Source: Dehalococcoidia bacterium (lineage in GTDB: Bacteria > Chloroflexota > Dehalococcoidia > UBA2979). Taken from it: a stretch of 64,000 nt of DNA. Below, piece by piece: positions 18,967 to 31,024 of the stretch. The notes under the pieces are model-generated. The model saw only the letters and a program-made list of their open reading frames with translations. It was not told the origin of the DNA and searched no databases. A program made the position numbers and the translations under genes. The stretch's first letter is position 1; each line of letters starts with the position of its first letter. The stretch lies in assembly GCA_965262725.1 (NCBI GenBank), contig OZ253555.1:1280001-1344000 (forward strand). The letters are read 5' to 3'.

Positions 18967-20445
18967 GTGGTGGTGACGACCGAGCGGCTTCCACGCTGCC
19001 AAGTCTCGCTGTCGATCGAGGTCGCGCCCGAGCGCGTCGAAGCCTCGATGGAGACGGCGGCGCGGCGCATCTCCGAGAAGGTGAAAATCCGCGGCTTTCG
19101 GCCCGGGAGGGCGCCGCGCCCAGTCGTCGAGCAGACCGTCGGTCGCGGCGCCGTACTCCAGGAGGCGCTCGACCAGCTCGTTCCCGACGTCTACCGGGAG
19201 GCCCTCGAATCCGAGTCCATCGAGCCGGTCGACCAGCCCGATATCGAGCTCACCTCGACCGAGCCCCTCGTGGTCAAGGCCACAGTGCCGGTCCGTCCGT
19301 CGATCGAGCTCCGAGACTACGCCACGCTGCGCGTGCCGAGGCCGGAACCCCGCTCCGCCGAGCCCGTGGTCGAGGAGACGCTTGAGGGGCTGCGCCGGCG
19401 CTATGCCACGCTGGAGCCGGTCGATCGCGCCATCGCCTGGAACGACACCGTGCGCGCCGACATCACCATTGTCTTCCCCGGGCGGGAGGATCCCGACACG
19501 GAGGAGGACGCCGAGTTCTCCGTCCGCGAGGAGCATGCAGGCCCGCTCCCGGGGTTCCTCGAACGGTTGATCGGCCTCAAGCGCGGCGGTCCGCACGAGT
19601 TCACCGTCGACATCCCGGACGACTACCCGCTTGAGGATCGCGCCGGCGAAGCCGCGAGTTGCCGCGTGACGATCCACGACGTGAAGGAGGAGATCCTCCC
19701 AGATCTCGACGAGGATTTCGCGCGTTCCCTCGACGAGGGCTACGACAGCGTCGACGCGCTGCGCGCGAGCCTTCTGGAGCGGACGGCGGAGCGCCTCGCC
19801 GAGGAGTCGCTCCGCGAGTACCGGATGGAGCTCCTCGACCTGCTCGTCTCCCACGCGGAGCTCGACTACCCGGACGTCCTGGTCGAACGGCAGGTCGATC
19901 GCATGATCGACGAGCGGTCCAACCACGCCTCGCATACGCGCGAGGGGCTGGAGGAATGGCTTGTCGCCATCGGGCAGACGGAGGAGGAAGTACGCGAGGC
20001 GCTGCGCGACGCGGCCGATCACGCCGTCCGGCGCTCGCTCGTGCTCTCCGAGTTCGTCCGCGCCGAGGGGCTGGCCGTGGAGTCCTCGGCGATCGATGCC
20101 GAAGTGGAGAGGACCGTCGGTCTGGTCGAGGAGGATGCCCCCGGCCTCACGCCCGAGAACGCGCAGAGGTGGCGCCAGCTCGTCGAGTCGGAGGAGAGCC
20201 GCGCGAACATCGCGGAGCAGCTACTGACGACCCTGGCGATGGGCCGGCTCGTCCAAATCGCGGAGGAACCACCTGTGGAGGGCGACGGGGGCACGGCGCC
20301 CAGGCGGCGCACCGCCCGCCGTCGCCGCGCACGGACGACCGCCGCCGCGACGGAGGATGCGGGCGGGTCCGACGCCGACGAGGCGGATGCAGCCGAGGCG
20401 TCGGTCGGCGAGGGGGCGGAGCAGGCGGGCGACTCCCCCGGCTAG
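18967..20445 (+). CDS. tig: Trigger factor
   Basis: Ribosome-binding loop [10 protein letters not shown] and tig-clpP-clpX gene order. Start taken at GTG 18967. Confidence 0.92.
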   Translation: MVVTTERLPRCQVSLSIEVAPERVEASMETAARRISEKVKIRGFRPGRAPRPVVEQTVGRGAVLQEALDQLVPDVYREALESESIEPVDQPDIELTSTEPLVVKATVPVRPSIELRDYATLRVPRPEPRSAEPVVEETLEGLRRRYATLEPVDRAIAWNDTVRADITIVFPGREDPDTEEDAEFSVREEHAGPLPGFLERLIGLKRGGPHEFTVDIPDDYPLEDRAGEAASCRVTIHDVKEEILPDLDEDFARSLDEGYDSVDALRASLLERTAERLAEESLREYRMELLDLLVSHAELDYPDVLVERQVDRMIDERSNHASHTREGLEEWLVAIGQTEEEVREALRDAADHAVRRSLVLSEFVRAEGLAVESSAIDAEVERTVGLVEEDAPGLTPENAQRWRQLVESEESRANIAEQLLTTLAMGRLVQIAEEPPVEGDGGTAPRRRTARRRRARTTAAATEDAGGSDADEADAAEASVGEGAEQAGDSPG

Positions 20446-20590
20446 CGAGGGAATGCAGCGTGCGCGTCGCCTCTCGCGGGGATGCGTGGTACGGGCGGCG
20501 GGATGCCGCCCCGGAACGGGATGGCCAGTGAGAGAGATCCGCTTTCGTCAGGAGATCGTCGAGCACGCCGGGATCGGTCGCCCTTCCGCG

Positions 20591-21199
20591 ATGGATCCCG
20601 GACGCCCGGCGGCGATTGTGCCGATGGTCGTCGAGACGAGCGCGCGTGGCGAGCGCGCGTACGACATCTACTCCCTCCTGCTGAAGGAGCGGATCGTCTT
20701 CCTGGGGACCCCCATCGATGACCACGTCGCGAACACCATCATCGCCCAGTTCCTCTATCTCGACCGGGAGGACCCGGACCGCGATATCCACCTCTACATC
20801 AACTCGCCGGGCGGGCAGATCTATGCCGGCCTCGCCATCTACGACACGATGCGGCTGATCCGCGCCGACGTCTCGACGATCGCCGTTGGTGTTACCGCCT
20901 CGATGGCGACCGTGCTGCTCTCCGCTGGGGCCTCCGGCAAGCGCTACGCGCTGCCCCACGCGACCGTGCACATGCACCAGGCGCTCGGAGGGGCGCAGGG
21001 TCAGGCGCGCGACGTGGAGATCGCGGCGAAGGAGATCCTGCGCAACAACGAGCTCATCCGGAACATCCTCGTGGAGCAGACGGGGCAGACTGTGGAGAAG
21101 GTCCAGACCGATTTTGACCGCGATTTCTACATGGACGCGAATCAGGCGCGTGACTATGGGATGGTCGACGAGCTGCTGACACCGGGATCCGGGACCTGA
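20591..21199 (+). CDS. clpP: ATP-dependent Clp protease proteolytic subunit
   Basis: VPMVVE...[32 protein letters not shown]. Confidence 0.96.
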   Translation: MDPGRPAAIVPMVVETSARGERAYDIYSLLLKERIVFLGTPIDDHVANTIIAQFLYLDREDPDRDIHLYINSPGGQIYAGLAIYDTMRLIRADVSTIAVGVTASMATVLLSAGASGKRYALPHATVHMHQALGGAQGQARDVEIAAKEILRNNELIRNILVEQTGQTVEKVQTDFDRDFYMDANQARDYGMVDELLTPGSGT

Positions 21200-21296
21200 G
21201 AGCGGCAGGGCGGCCCGCCGGGGCAGTGGTGGGGAGTCGTGACCGCATGATCGCGGAGACGGGGGCCGGGGGACCGGCCCCGCGACGCGGGAGCGG

Positions 21297-22628
<1,332 letters not shown>

Positions 22629-22705
22629 CGTCCGCGCCGATCGGGGTCCCGAACCGCTCATCTCCCGGGGTGGCGCCGACGGCGGTGCATGCGCCGCGCG
22701 CGCGA

Positions 22706-22711
22706 TATGCT
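22706..22711 (+). promoter_or_regulatory. Putative -10 box TATGCT, 6 nt before ATG 22718 (leaderless-type), upstream of the intron and nadK
   Basis: Same TAnnnT-6nt-start geometry as seen at priA, hemW, fmt and rarA in this window. Confidence 0.45.
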
Positions 22712-22814
22712 CCCCCGATGACGCAATCATCCACGTCGCGCGGATGCCGCGGCCTCCCCGACGGGATCGCGACGGCGCGCGCGTCGCTTCACGCCGTGTT
22801 CGAGTCCGTGCTGC

Positions 22815-23676
22815 GTGCGTCCGGAAGTCGAAGGGGTGGTGACGTGATGACGTGACCGGTCCGGAGACATGCTCGTTGCTGCCAGCCGGTGAGAGTCCGG
22901 CACGGGTAACTGTCAGGAGGCCCGTTAGCAGGTCGGCGGCGTGGACGGGAAACGGTCTGCGTCGAAGCCCGACGTCAAGAGCCCTATGAGGGGGAGCAAA
23001 CGTGCGGTCCGCAGCATGACGCGAAGTCTGCCGCGCCGTGAGACTCGCCTGTCTATTGACAGGACCAAGGAGGAGCCGAGCCCGGGTGGTCAGGGCGAAG
23101 GCCATGGACGAGGTGAAGATCCTGGAATGCAGCCTCAAGAAACCTCCCGGCGTATGGGACGTGGAACGTACGGAAGGTAGCGACGGGAACCGGAGAAGCC
23201 CTCCCCGGCCCGGCACCCTGTGAGAGGGCGTCGGAGCGAGGCGTCCTATAACCGGTCAGAGCCGGGAAGTGGACAGCCAGCCGGAAGGGTGGCGGAGGGG
23301 GTCGTAGTACCGCTGGAGCCGGACGGACAACATAACCGCCGGTGATGGGAAGGACCCCTACTTTGTCCGTGCATGTTGCTGGGGGTGTGGACTGGTGAGT
23401 GCCCCTCGGGGCTAGCAACCACTTGGTAGGGTTCGAGGCTCTCCGCACATGCTGTACCGGCTGGCCAAGGCACGACCCACGTTGTGGGGAGCGCTGCATG
23501 CCATCTGGTGAAGGGCATCGGTGAGCCGGATGAGGGAGAACCTCACGTCCGGTTCGATGTGGCAGGGGCTGGAGACGGACGCTGCTATGGCCGTGGAGTT
23601 GGGCACCACCGGGAAACCGGCTTGGAACTGATGCGCCACCGCCTACGGCTCGCACCGCGCCAGCCCCTGACCCTAC
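22815..23676 (+). mobile_element. ORF-less group II intron (ribozyme with deleted RT ORF)
   Basis: 5' GTGCG at 22815. DI closing stem TCCGG/CCGGA. DIII-like GGGGTCGTAGTACC...GGGAAGGACCCC. DV GAGCCGGATGAGGGAGAACCTCACGTCCGGTTC (23523-23555) with AGC triad and AC bulge. DVI GGCAGGGGCTGG/CCAGCCCCTG-A-CC with bulged A at 23670. 3' end ...CCCTAC. No RT-length ORF. Confidence 0.92.
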
Positions 23677-23695
23677 CGTGGAGGATCCGGTCCGT

Positions 23696-24568
23696 ATGAG
23701 CGCGCGCCGCGTCGTTGTCTGCTACCACCCCGGCATCGCCGGCGCGCGTGACCTGGCGGAGGGGATCTCGGAGCAGCTCCGTCGCGCCGCGTGCGAGCCG
23801 TGGATCGTCCCGCTCGGCGACGAGGGCGCGGTGGGCGTCGATCTCGCGGCTCAGGCGGAGGGCGCCGCTCTCCTGGTCTGTGTGGGAGGCGACGGAACCG
23901 TCCTGCGTGCCTCGGAGGCGGCGGGCCTCACCGGCACCCCGATCTTCGGCGTGCGCATGGGGCGCCTCGGCTTCCTGACGGAGGCGACGCCGCCGGGCGC
24001 CCAGTCGGCGCTCTCGAGAGTCCTCGCCGGCGAGGGGCGCGTCGAGGAGCGTGCACTGGTGCTCGCCACCATCGACGGCGGCGAGCCGTTGCACGCGCTC
24101 AACGACGTTGTGATCGGGCGTCGCTCGCTTGGGCACACGATCTCGGTCGGTGCGCGGCTCGACGGCGTTCTGATCGCCGAGTACCGCGCCGACGCCGTCA
24201 TCGTCGCGACCGCCACCGGCTCCACCGGCTACACGCTCTCGATCGGCGGGCCGGTGCTCACGCCGACGTCGCGGGAGCTGATCCTGATGCCGCTCGCGCC
24301 GCACCTGACGTCGCACAACCCGCTCGTCCTGCCCGGCGACACGAGGATTTCGCTCGAGGTCGCGCGCGGCGATGGGATGGTGGTCGTGGACGGCGTGCAC
24401 GAGCGCGCCATCGAGTCGGGCCAGCGCATCGAGGTGACAGGTTCGCCGCGCCGCGCCCGCTTCGCTCGGCTCGGGGACGAGGGTCAGTTCTATTCGAATG
24501 TCGCCGATCGGCTCGGCTGGCTTCGCTCCGACCACACGCTCGGCGCCGCGGGCGGCGAGCGACAGTAG
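23696..24568 (+). CDS. nadK: NAD(+) kinase
   Basis: VGGDGTVL, GRLGFL, ALNDVVI, ATATGSTGY.LSIGGP. Confidence 0.95.
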   Translation: MSARRVVVCYHPGIAGARDLAEGISEQLRRAACEPWIVPLGDEGAVGVDLAAQAEGAALLVCVGGDGTVLRASEAAGLTGTPIFGVRMGRLGFLTEATPPGAQSALSRVLAGEGRVEERALVLATIDGGEPLHALNDVVIGRRSLGHTISVGARLDGVLIAEYRADAVIVATATGSTGYTLSIGGPVLTPTSRELILMPLAPHLTSHNPLVLPGDTRISLEVARGDGMVVVDGVHERAIESGQRIEVTGSPRRARFARLGDEGQFYSNVADRLGWLRSDHTLGAAGGERQ

Positions 24569-24690
24569 GGGAGGTCCTTCCCCGCCCCCGGCGGCACACG
24601 GCGCTCGACATCCCTGGCCCGCCGCTCCGCTCCGCCGGCGAGTGCCGTCTCGCAGATGTCGCCGCCGCTTTGCCGTATTCTTGATGGACC

Positions 24691-25266
24691 ATGATCGAGG
24701 GCGAGACCAGTGCGATCGCGCCGCAGCCGGGGACGGGTCCGGCCGGGGTGCGGATCGAGCGAGCCACGGTGCACGACGCGCGCGACATCTGCGCGCTCAT
24801 CAACGTGTGGGCGGCGCAGGGGCAGATGCTGCCCCGCACGCTCGGCGAGACCTACGAGAACATCCGGGACTTTTTCGTCGTGCGGGAAGGCGGACGCCTC
24901 GTCGGCTGCGCCGCGCTCCACATCACATGGTCCGATCTCGCCGAGCTCAAGTCGCTCGCCGTGGATGAGCAGCGCCAGTCGTCGGGGTACGGTCGGGCGC
25001 TGGCGGAGGCGTGTGTCGCCGAGGGCCGGGCGCTCGGGCTTCAGCGGCTTTTCGCGCTCACCTATCGACCCGGCTTCTTCGAGCGGCTCGGCTGGGAGCA
25101 GGCCGACGTGATGTCGCTCCCGCGCAAGGTCTGGAACGAGTGCTACCGCTGCCCGAAGTTCCCGGGCTGCGAGGAGATAGCGATGGTCCTCGATCTCGAC
25201 GAGTCCTCCGCTCCCCTCACGCCACTGCCGCTCGCGACCGATCGCGGGGACGGCTCCGGCGCGTGA
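24691..25266 (+). CDS. GNAT N-acetyltransferase (short ArgA-like N-acetylglutamate synthase)
   Basis: MLPRT..YENIRDF, GCAALHITWSDLAELKSLAV, LPRKVWNECYRCPKFPGCEE. Confidence 0.85.
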   Translation: MIEGETSAIAPQPGTGPAGVRIERATVHDARDICALINVWAAQGQMLPRTLGETYENIRDFFVVREGGRLVGCAALHITWSDLAELKSLAVDEQRQSSGYGRALAEACVAEGRALGLQRLFALTYRPGFFERLGWEQADVMSLPRKVWNECYRCPKFPGCEEIAMVLDLDESSAPLTPLPLATDRGDGSGA

Positions 25267-25823
25267 GTAACGCCCCGGGGCCGACTGTTGTCACGAGGGA
25301 GAGGCTCCTCTCGACGAGGACCGTCGATGTGGAGCGCTCGCTGTTCCGCCTCGCGGACGGCCGCGAGACGGAGCGGATCGTCGTGCGGCACCCGGGCGCG
25401 GTCGCGATCGTCGCACTCGACGACCAGGAGCGGTGGCTCCTCGTGCGGCAACATCGCTACGCCGCCGGCCGCGAGCTCCTCGAGATCCCCGCCGGCACGC
25501 GTGAGCCGGGCGAGGCACCCGAGGTGACTGCTGCACGCGAGCTGCGGGAGGAGACGGGCTTCGCTGCGCGGGACCTCACGCCCCTCGGTGGCTTCTACAC
25601 TGCGCCCGGGTTCTGCGACGAGTTCATTCATCTCTTTCTCGCGCGCGGGCTCACCCGGGACCCTCTCCCCCAGGACCACGATGAGGAGATCAGCGAGCCG
25701 GTCGCAGTCACACCGGCCGGGGTCCTTAGCGCTGCGGCGTCGGGCGAGATCGAGGACGCGAAGACGCTCTCGGCGGTCGCGCTGATGTCCGCGCGAGGTG
25801 GGCCCGGAGCGCCGCGGCCGTAA
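25263..25823 (+). CDS. NUDIX hydrolase (ADP-ribose pyrophosphatase-like)
   Basis: HPGAVAI, EIPAG..EPGEAPEVTAARELREETG Nudix box, APGFCDE, IEDAKT. GTGA overlap with the upstream stop. Confidence 0.9.
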   Translation: MSNAPGPTVVTRERLLSTRTVDVERSLFRLADGRETERIVVRHPGAVAIVALDDQERWLLVRQHRYAAGRELLEIPAGTREPGEAPEVTAARELREETGFAARDLTPLGGFYTAPGFCDEFIHLFLARGLTRDPLPQDHDEEISEPVAVTPAGVLSAAASGEIEDAKTLSAVALMSARGGPGAPRP

Positions 25824-25994
25824 ACCCGCCGACCGGTCTCGCCGTCCGCCCGGCGTGCGGCCTCCTGATGGGCGGCGGGCTGCCCCCGGGGGCGGATCCG
25901 CGCGCTTGACCATGACTGCCGCCGCGGGAATAGTGGGGCCGTCAGGCCGGGAACGTCGCGTTCGGCGGCCGGTTGCTCGGGATGAGAGGCGCAC

Positions 25995-27755
25995 GTGGCT
26001 GGCGACCTTCAGCACGACCTGCTCATCGTAGGCGGCGGCGGCGCGGGGCTCCGAGCCGTGATCGCCGCCGCCGAGGCCTACCCGGATCTCGACATCGCGA
26101 TGCTCTCCAAGGTCTACCCGATGCGCAGCCACACGGTCTCCGCCGAGGGCGGGGCCGCAGCCGTGATCAAGGATGACGACTCCTTCGAGGACCATATCCA
26201 CGACACGATCAGTGGCGCCGACTGGCTCGCCGACCAGGATGCCGTCGAGTCCTTCGTGCGCGAGGCTCCGGGCGAGATGATCCAACTCGAGCACTGGGGC
26301 TGCCCGTGGAGCCGGGAGGAGGACGGGAGCGTCGCCGTCCGCCCGTTCGGCGGGATGCGTATCCGCCGCACGTGGTACGCCGCCGACAAGACCGGCTTCC
26401 ACATGTTGCACGCGCTGTTCCAGACGTCGCTCAGGTACACGCAGGTCAAGCGCTACGACGAGTGGTTCGCGACGCGCCTGCTCGTCGAGGACGGGCGCTG
26501 CCAGGGCGTCGCCGCGATCGAACTGCGCACCGGCGTGATGCGCGTGATCAAGGCGAAGGCCGTGATTCTCTGCACCGGCGGCGGCGGCCGCGTCTTCCCC
26601 TTCACGACCAACGCCGCCATCAAGACCGGCGACGGCATGGCGATGGCCTACCGCGCCGGCGTCGCCCTCAAGGACATGGAGTTCGTCCAGTACCACCCCA
26701 CCGGCCTGCCCGGCACGGGCATCCTCATCACCGAGGCCGCCCGCGGCGAGGGCGGCATTCTCGTCAACAGCGAGGGGCGGCGCTACCTCCAGGACTACAA
26801 CCTCGGCGAACCGATCGAGGTGACCGACCTGCGCCACCCGCAGTTGCGCACCATGGAGCTGGGCCCGCGCGACAAGCTCTCACAGGCGTTCATGCAGGAG
26901 CAGGAAGCGGGCCGGGTCTTCGAGGGTGAGTACGGCACCTACACGCACCTCGACGTTCGGCACCTCGGCGAGCGCCTGATCAACGAGCGCATCCCGTTTG
27001 TGCGCGAGCTGGCGAAGGACTACGCGGGGATCGATCCGGTGTACGCACCGATTCCCGTCCGACCTGTCGTGCACTACATGATGGGCGGCATCCACACCGA
27101 CACGAGCGGCGCCACGAGTCTGCCGGGTCTGTACGCCGCCGGCGAGTGCGCCTGTGTCAGCATCAACGGCGCGAATCGCCTCGGCTCGAACTCCCTGACC
27201 GAGCTGCTCGTATTCGGCCGGCGCGCCGGTCATGCGGCCGCCGCGTGGGCCGAGGAGCACCCTGAGTTCGACAGCGCCTCGATCGAAGCGCAGGGGGCGG
27301 ATGAACAGGCGCGCATCGCCTCCAGCTACCTCAGGCCGCGCGAGGGCGGCGAGCGGCTCGCCGCGGTTCGCCGCGAGCTCAACGCTACGATGGAAGAGGG
27401 CGCCGGCGTCTACCGCGACCATGCCAGGCTTGAGGCGACCACGCAGAAGGTCGCGGAGCTCAGGGAACGTGCTGCGCATCTCGCGCTCGACGACCACAGT
27501 GCGAGCTTCAACACGGAGCTCACGGCCGCGCTCGAGCTCGAGTTCCTCCTTGACGTCGGGGAGGCGGTGGCTCACTCCGCGCTCGCGCGCACGGAGTCGC
27601 GCGGCTCGCATCAGCGCACGGACTACCCGAAGCGCGACGATGAGCGGTTTCTCAAGCACTCGCTCGCTTACCGTACGGACGGTGCGCCCCGCATCGAGCA
27701 TTCGGACGTGACGATCACGAACTGGCCGCCGGCGGAACGGACCTACGGGAGCTAG
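25995..27755 (+). CDS. frdA: Fumarate reductase/succinate dehydrogenase flavoprotein subunit
   Basis: [17 protein letters not shown] (covalent FAD His), [27 protein letters not shown]. Confidence 0.93.
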   Translation: MAGDLQHDLLIVGGGGAGLRAVIAAAEAYPDLDIAMLSKVYPMRSHTVSAEGGAAAVIKDDDSFEDHIHDTISGADWLADQDAVESFVREAPGEMIQLEHWGCPWSREEDGSVAVRPFGGMRIRRTWYAADKTGFHMLHALFQTSLRYTQVKRYDEWFATRLLVEDGRCQGVAAIELRTGVMRVIKAKAVILCTGGGGRVFPFTTNAAIKTGDGMAMAYRAGVALKDMEFVQYHPTGLPGTGILITEAARGEGGILVNSEGRRYLQDYNLGEPIEVTDLRHPQLRTMELGPRDKLSQAFMQEQEAGRVFEGEYGTYTHLDVRHLGERLINERIPFVRELAKDYAGIDPVYAPIPVRPVVHYMMGGIHTDTSGATSLPGLYAAGECACVSINGANRLGSNSLTELLVFGRRAGHAAAAWAEEHPEFDSASIEAQGADEQARIASSYLRPREGGERLAAVRRELNATMEEGAGVYRDHARLEATTQKVAELRERAAHLALDDHSASFNTELTAALELEFLLDVGEAVAHSALARTESRGSHQRTDYPKRDDERFLKHSLAYRTDGAPRIEHSDVTITNWPPAERTYGS

Positions 27756-27769
27756 CGACGGGAGGCGCC

Positions 27770-28540
27770 GTGACCAGCGAAGCGACCGCCACGCGCACCG
27801 TGACCCTCGAGGTCTTCCGCTACCACCCCGACCGAGACGACGCACCGTCGTTCCAGAGCTACGAGGTGCCCTACCGCGAGGAGTGGGTGGTCCTCGACGC
27901 GCTCAACTGGCTCAAGGACGAGGTCGACGGCACGCTCAGCTACCGCTGGTCCTGTCGGATGGGCGTCTGCGGCAGCTGCGGAATGATGGTCAACGGCCAG
28001 CCGCGGCTGACCTGCAACGCCTTCCTGCGCGAGCTCATGCCCGGGCCGATCCGTATTGAGCCGCTCCGCGGCTTCCCCGTCGAGCGCGACATGGTCACCG
28101 TCCTCGACGACTTCATGGAGAAGCTCACGGACGTGAAGCCGTGGATCATCCGCGAGCAGGAGCAGCCGATCGAGGAAGGCGAGTACCGCCAGACGCCCTC
28201 GCAGCTGGCCGACTTCAAGCAATTCAGCATGTGCATTAATTGCATGCTCTGCTACGCCGCCTGCCCCGTGTACGAGCACGAGGACGAGTTCATCGGTCCG
28301 GCCGCGCTCGCCCTCGCGCAGCGCTACAACCTCGACTCCCGCGATCAGGGCAACGCGCAGCGCCAGGAGCTGATCTGGTCCGACGAGGGCATCTGGGATT
28401 GCACGTTCGTCGGCGAGTGCAGCAGCGTCTGCCCGAAGAACGTCGACCCGGCGGGCGCGATCCAGCAGGCGAAGGTGGAGGCGACGAACAGCTTCTTCCT
28501 CTCATTCTTGCCCTTCACACCCCCGGGGATGGGTCGCTGA
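27770..28540 (+). CDS. frdB: Fumarate reductase iron-sulfur subunit
   Basis: [34 protein letters not shown]. Confidence 0.93.
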   Translation: MTSEATATRTVTLEVFRYHPDRDDAPSFQSYEVPYREEWVVLDALNWLKDEVDGTLSYRWSCRMGVCGSCGMMVNGQPRLTCNAFLRELMPGPIRIEPLRGFPVERDMVTVLDDFMEKLTDVKPWIIREQEQPIEEGEYRQTPSQLADFKQFSMCINCMLCYAACPVYEHEDEFIGPAALALAQRYNLDSRDQGNAQRQELIWSDEGIWDCTFVGECSSVCPKNVDPAGAIQQAKVEATNSFFLSFLPFTPPGMGR

Positions 28541-28542
28541 CG

Positions 28543-28932
28543 ATGCCCGGGCCGCTCCCGCGGACGAAGTCGAACGGCTGGTGGAACCGGCGCTGGGCGT
28601 ACCGCATCGTCCTGCTGCGCGAGTTCTCGGCGTTCCCCGTCGCGGCCTACATGGTGCTGCTGCTGCTGCTGGTCTCGCAGGTCCGCGAGGGCGAGAGCGC
28701 GTTCGCGGACTACCTCGACGTGCTGAAGAACCCGCTGCTCTGGATCGTGCACGCGGTGATCCTCGGCTTCGCCCAGCTGCACACCTCGACCTGGTTCCGG
28801 CTGATGCCGAAGGCCGTGCCGCTCAAGCTCGGGGGGTGGCGCGTCCCGGACGACCTGATCGTCGCAGGCGCTCACGGAGCCTGGCTGGCCGTCTCCGTGG
28901 TCGTGCTCGTGATCTTCCTGGTCCTGGCGTAG
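28543..28932 (+). CDS. frdC: Fumarate reductase membrane anchor subunit C
   Basis: Three TM helices; WW..YRIVLLRE and LHTSTWF.LMPKA are E. coli FrdC-like. Confidence 0.85.
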   Translation: MPGPLPRTKSNGWWNRRWAYRIVLLREFSAFPVAAYMVLLLLLVSQVREGESAFADYLDVLKNPLLWIVHAVILGFAQLHTSTWFRLMPKAVPLKLGGWRVPDDLIVAGAHGAWLAVSVVVLVIFLVLA

Positions 28933-28945
28933 AGGGGAGGACGGC

Positions 28946-29275
28946 GTGAGACCTTCGAACGAGCCGTTCTTCTGGGCGATCTTCTCCGCCGGCGGGATGA
29001 TCGTGGCATTCTTGATGCCGGTGCTGATCATCATCACCGGCTTCCTCGTGCCCGCCGGGGTCGTCGAGTTCGAGCAGCTTGAGAACCTGTTCGACTTCTG
29101 GCTCGTGCGGCTGGTCATTTTCGGCGTGGCGTTCTTCACCTTCATGCACGCCGCGCACCGCATCCGCCACACGCTCAAGGACCTCGGCCTGCGCTCGATC
29201 GCGACGCCGCTCGCCGTGGTCTGCTACCTCGCGGCGCTCGCCGGGACCGTCTGGGCGGCGACCGTCGTCCTGTAG
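28946..29275 (+). CDS. frdD: Fumarate reductase membrane anchor subunit D
   Basis: SNEPFFWAIFSAGG and HAAHRIRHTLKDL are E. coli FrdD-like. Confidence 0.88.
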   Translation: MRPSNEPFFWAIFSAGGMIVAFLMPVLIIITGFLVPAGVVEFEQLENLFDFWLVRLVIFGVAFFTFMHAAHRIRHTLKDLGLRSIATPLAVVCYLAALAGTVWAATVVL

Positions 29276-29537
29276 ACTGCTCCGGCAGACGACCCCCAGA
29301 GGCGGAAGGGTGCGATGGCCGCCCGACCCCGCGCGCTGTTCACCATCATCGGCTCGGGCGTTGCGATTGGCGCGGTCGCCGACCTGGCTGGGGATCCGCC
29401 CTCGTTCGTGACGGGCGGAGTCGCCGGAGTCGTCGTCGGCCCGCCGTCGCCGTCCTGGTGACCTTCGAAGCGACCCGAGCAGCACGCCCCCGCCTCTTGC
29501 GGCGGCGGAACGGCCGCGTCCCCGGCGCGCGGCCGGG

Positions 29538-30953
29538 TCAGGGGTGCGTCATCTCCTCCGGGCGGACCCACTCGTCGAACTGGGAGGCCTCGACGAGGCC
29601 AAGCTGCTCCGCGGCCTGACGCAAGGTTAGACTCTCGGCGTGCGCCTTCTTCGCCACCTTCGCGGCGTTGTCGTAGCCGATGTGCGGGTTCAGAGCCGTC
29701 ACCAGCATCAGCGAGGAGCGCATCAACTCCTCGATGCGCCGCTCGTTCGCGCGAATGCCGACGACGCAGTTGTCGGTGAACGAGCGCGCGGCGTCTCCCA
29801 GCAGGCGCAGGCTCTGCAGGTTGTTGTAGGCGATGACCGGCTTGAAGACGTTCAGCTCGAAGTGACCGCTGGAGCCGGCGATGCCGACCGTGACGTCGTT
29901 GCCCATCACCTGCGCGCACACCATGGTCAGCGCCTCGGGCTGCGTGGGGTTCACCTTGCCAGGCATGATCGACGAGCCGGGCTCGTTCTCGGGGAGTAGC
30001 AACTCCCCGATGCCGGCTCGCGGACCCGAGCCCAGGAACCGTATATCGTTCGCCACCTTCATTAGCGAGGTGGCGAATGTCTTGAGCTGGCCAGAGAGTT
30101 CCACTTGCGCGTCATGCGCGGCGAGCGCCTCGAACTTGTTGGGCGCGGTGACGAAATCAAGTCCGGTCAGGCGGGAGATCGCGTCGGCAACGCGTGTCCC
30201 GTACTCCGGGTGCGTGTTCAGTCCCGTCCCCACCGCGGTGCCGCCGAGTGCAAGCTCGCGGAGCCTCGGCTCGGTCGACCGGGCACGCTCCACCGCCTTC
30301 GACAGCTGCTCCGCGTAGCCTGAGAACTCTTGCCCGAGCGTGAGCGGCGTCGCGTCCATGAGGTGCGTGCGACCGATCTTTACGATCGAGTCGAACTCTC
30401 CCGCCTTCTTGGTGAGCGCGTCACGCAGGTGCGCCAGGGAGGGGACGACGTGGTGCGCGAGTTGCTCCGAGGTGGCGACGGCCATTGCTCCGGGGAAGAC
30501 GTCGTTCGAGGATTGCGACATGTTCACGTGGTCGTTGGGATGCACGGGGTCCTTGGATCCGCGTTCCCCGCCGAGCAACTCGATGGAGCGGTTCGCGATC
30601 ACCTCGTTGGCGTTCATGTTGCTCTGCGTGCCGGAGCCCGTCTGCCAGACGACGAGGGGGAAGTGCTCGTCGAGTCCGCCGTCGATCACCTGCTGCGCTG
30701 CCTGCCGGATCGCCTCCGCGCGGGATGCATCGAGCTTTCCGAGCTGCTCGTTCACGGTGGCCGAGGCGTGCTTCACGATCCCGAGTGCACGGATGAGCGG
30801 GCGGGGCATGCGCTCCTCGCCGATCCGGAAGTTCCGCAACGAACGCTCCGTCTGCGCACCCCAGTAGGCCCACGCCGGGACCGCGACCTCTCCCATCGTG
30901 TCGCTCTCGATGCGGGTCTGGACGTCACGCGCGTCGGACTGTGATGGGCTCAT
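29538..30953 (-). CDS. fumC: Class II fumarate hydratase
   Basis: [41 protein letters not shown]. Confidence 0.96.
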   Translation of the reverse strand: MSPSQSDARDVQTRIESDTMGEVAVPAWAYWGAQTERSLRNFRIGEERMPRPLIRALGIVKHASATVNEQLGKLDASRAEAIRQAAQQVIDGGLDEHFPLVVWQTGSGTQSNMNANEVIANRSIELLGGERGSKDPVHPNDHVNMSQSSNDVFPGAMAVATSEQLAHHVVPSLAHLRDALTKKAGEFDSIVKIGRTHLMDATPLTLGQEFSGYAEQLSKAVERARSTEPRLRELALGGTAVGTGLNTHPEYGTRVADAISRLTGLDFVTAPNKFEALAAHDAQVELSGQLKTFATSLMKVANDIRFLGSGPRAGIGELLLPENEPGSSIMPGKVNPTQPEALTMVCAQVMGNDVTVGIAGSSGHFELNVFKPVIAYNNLQSLRLLGDAARSFTDNCVVGIRANERRIEELMRSSLMLVTALNPHIGYDNAAKVAKKAHAESLTLRQAAEQLGLVEASQFDEWVRPEEMTHP

Positions 30954-31024
30954 GACAGCATCTCATTCGTCTGGTGGGGAACCCCGCGAGGTCCCCGTCG
31001 CATGCCGGCTGTCTCGGCCCGCGG

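Noticed and set aside
22744-23698. Alternative spliced frame from ATG 22744 that would fuse in frame to nadK (MPRPPRRDRDGARVASRRVRVRAAVEDPVRM...)
   Set aside because: It is in frame, but has no RBS or -10 geometry and gives an Arg-rich, non-NadK-like extension. Probably chance in GC-rich DNA, though not formally excluded.
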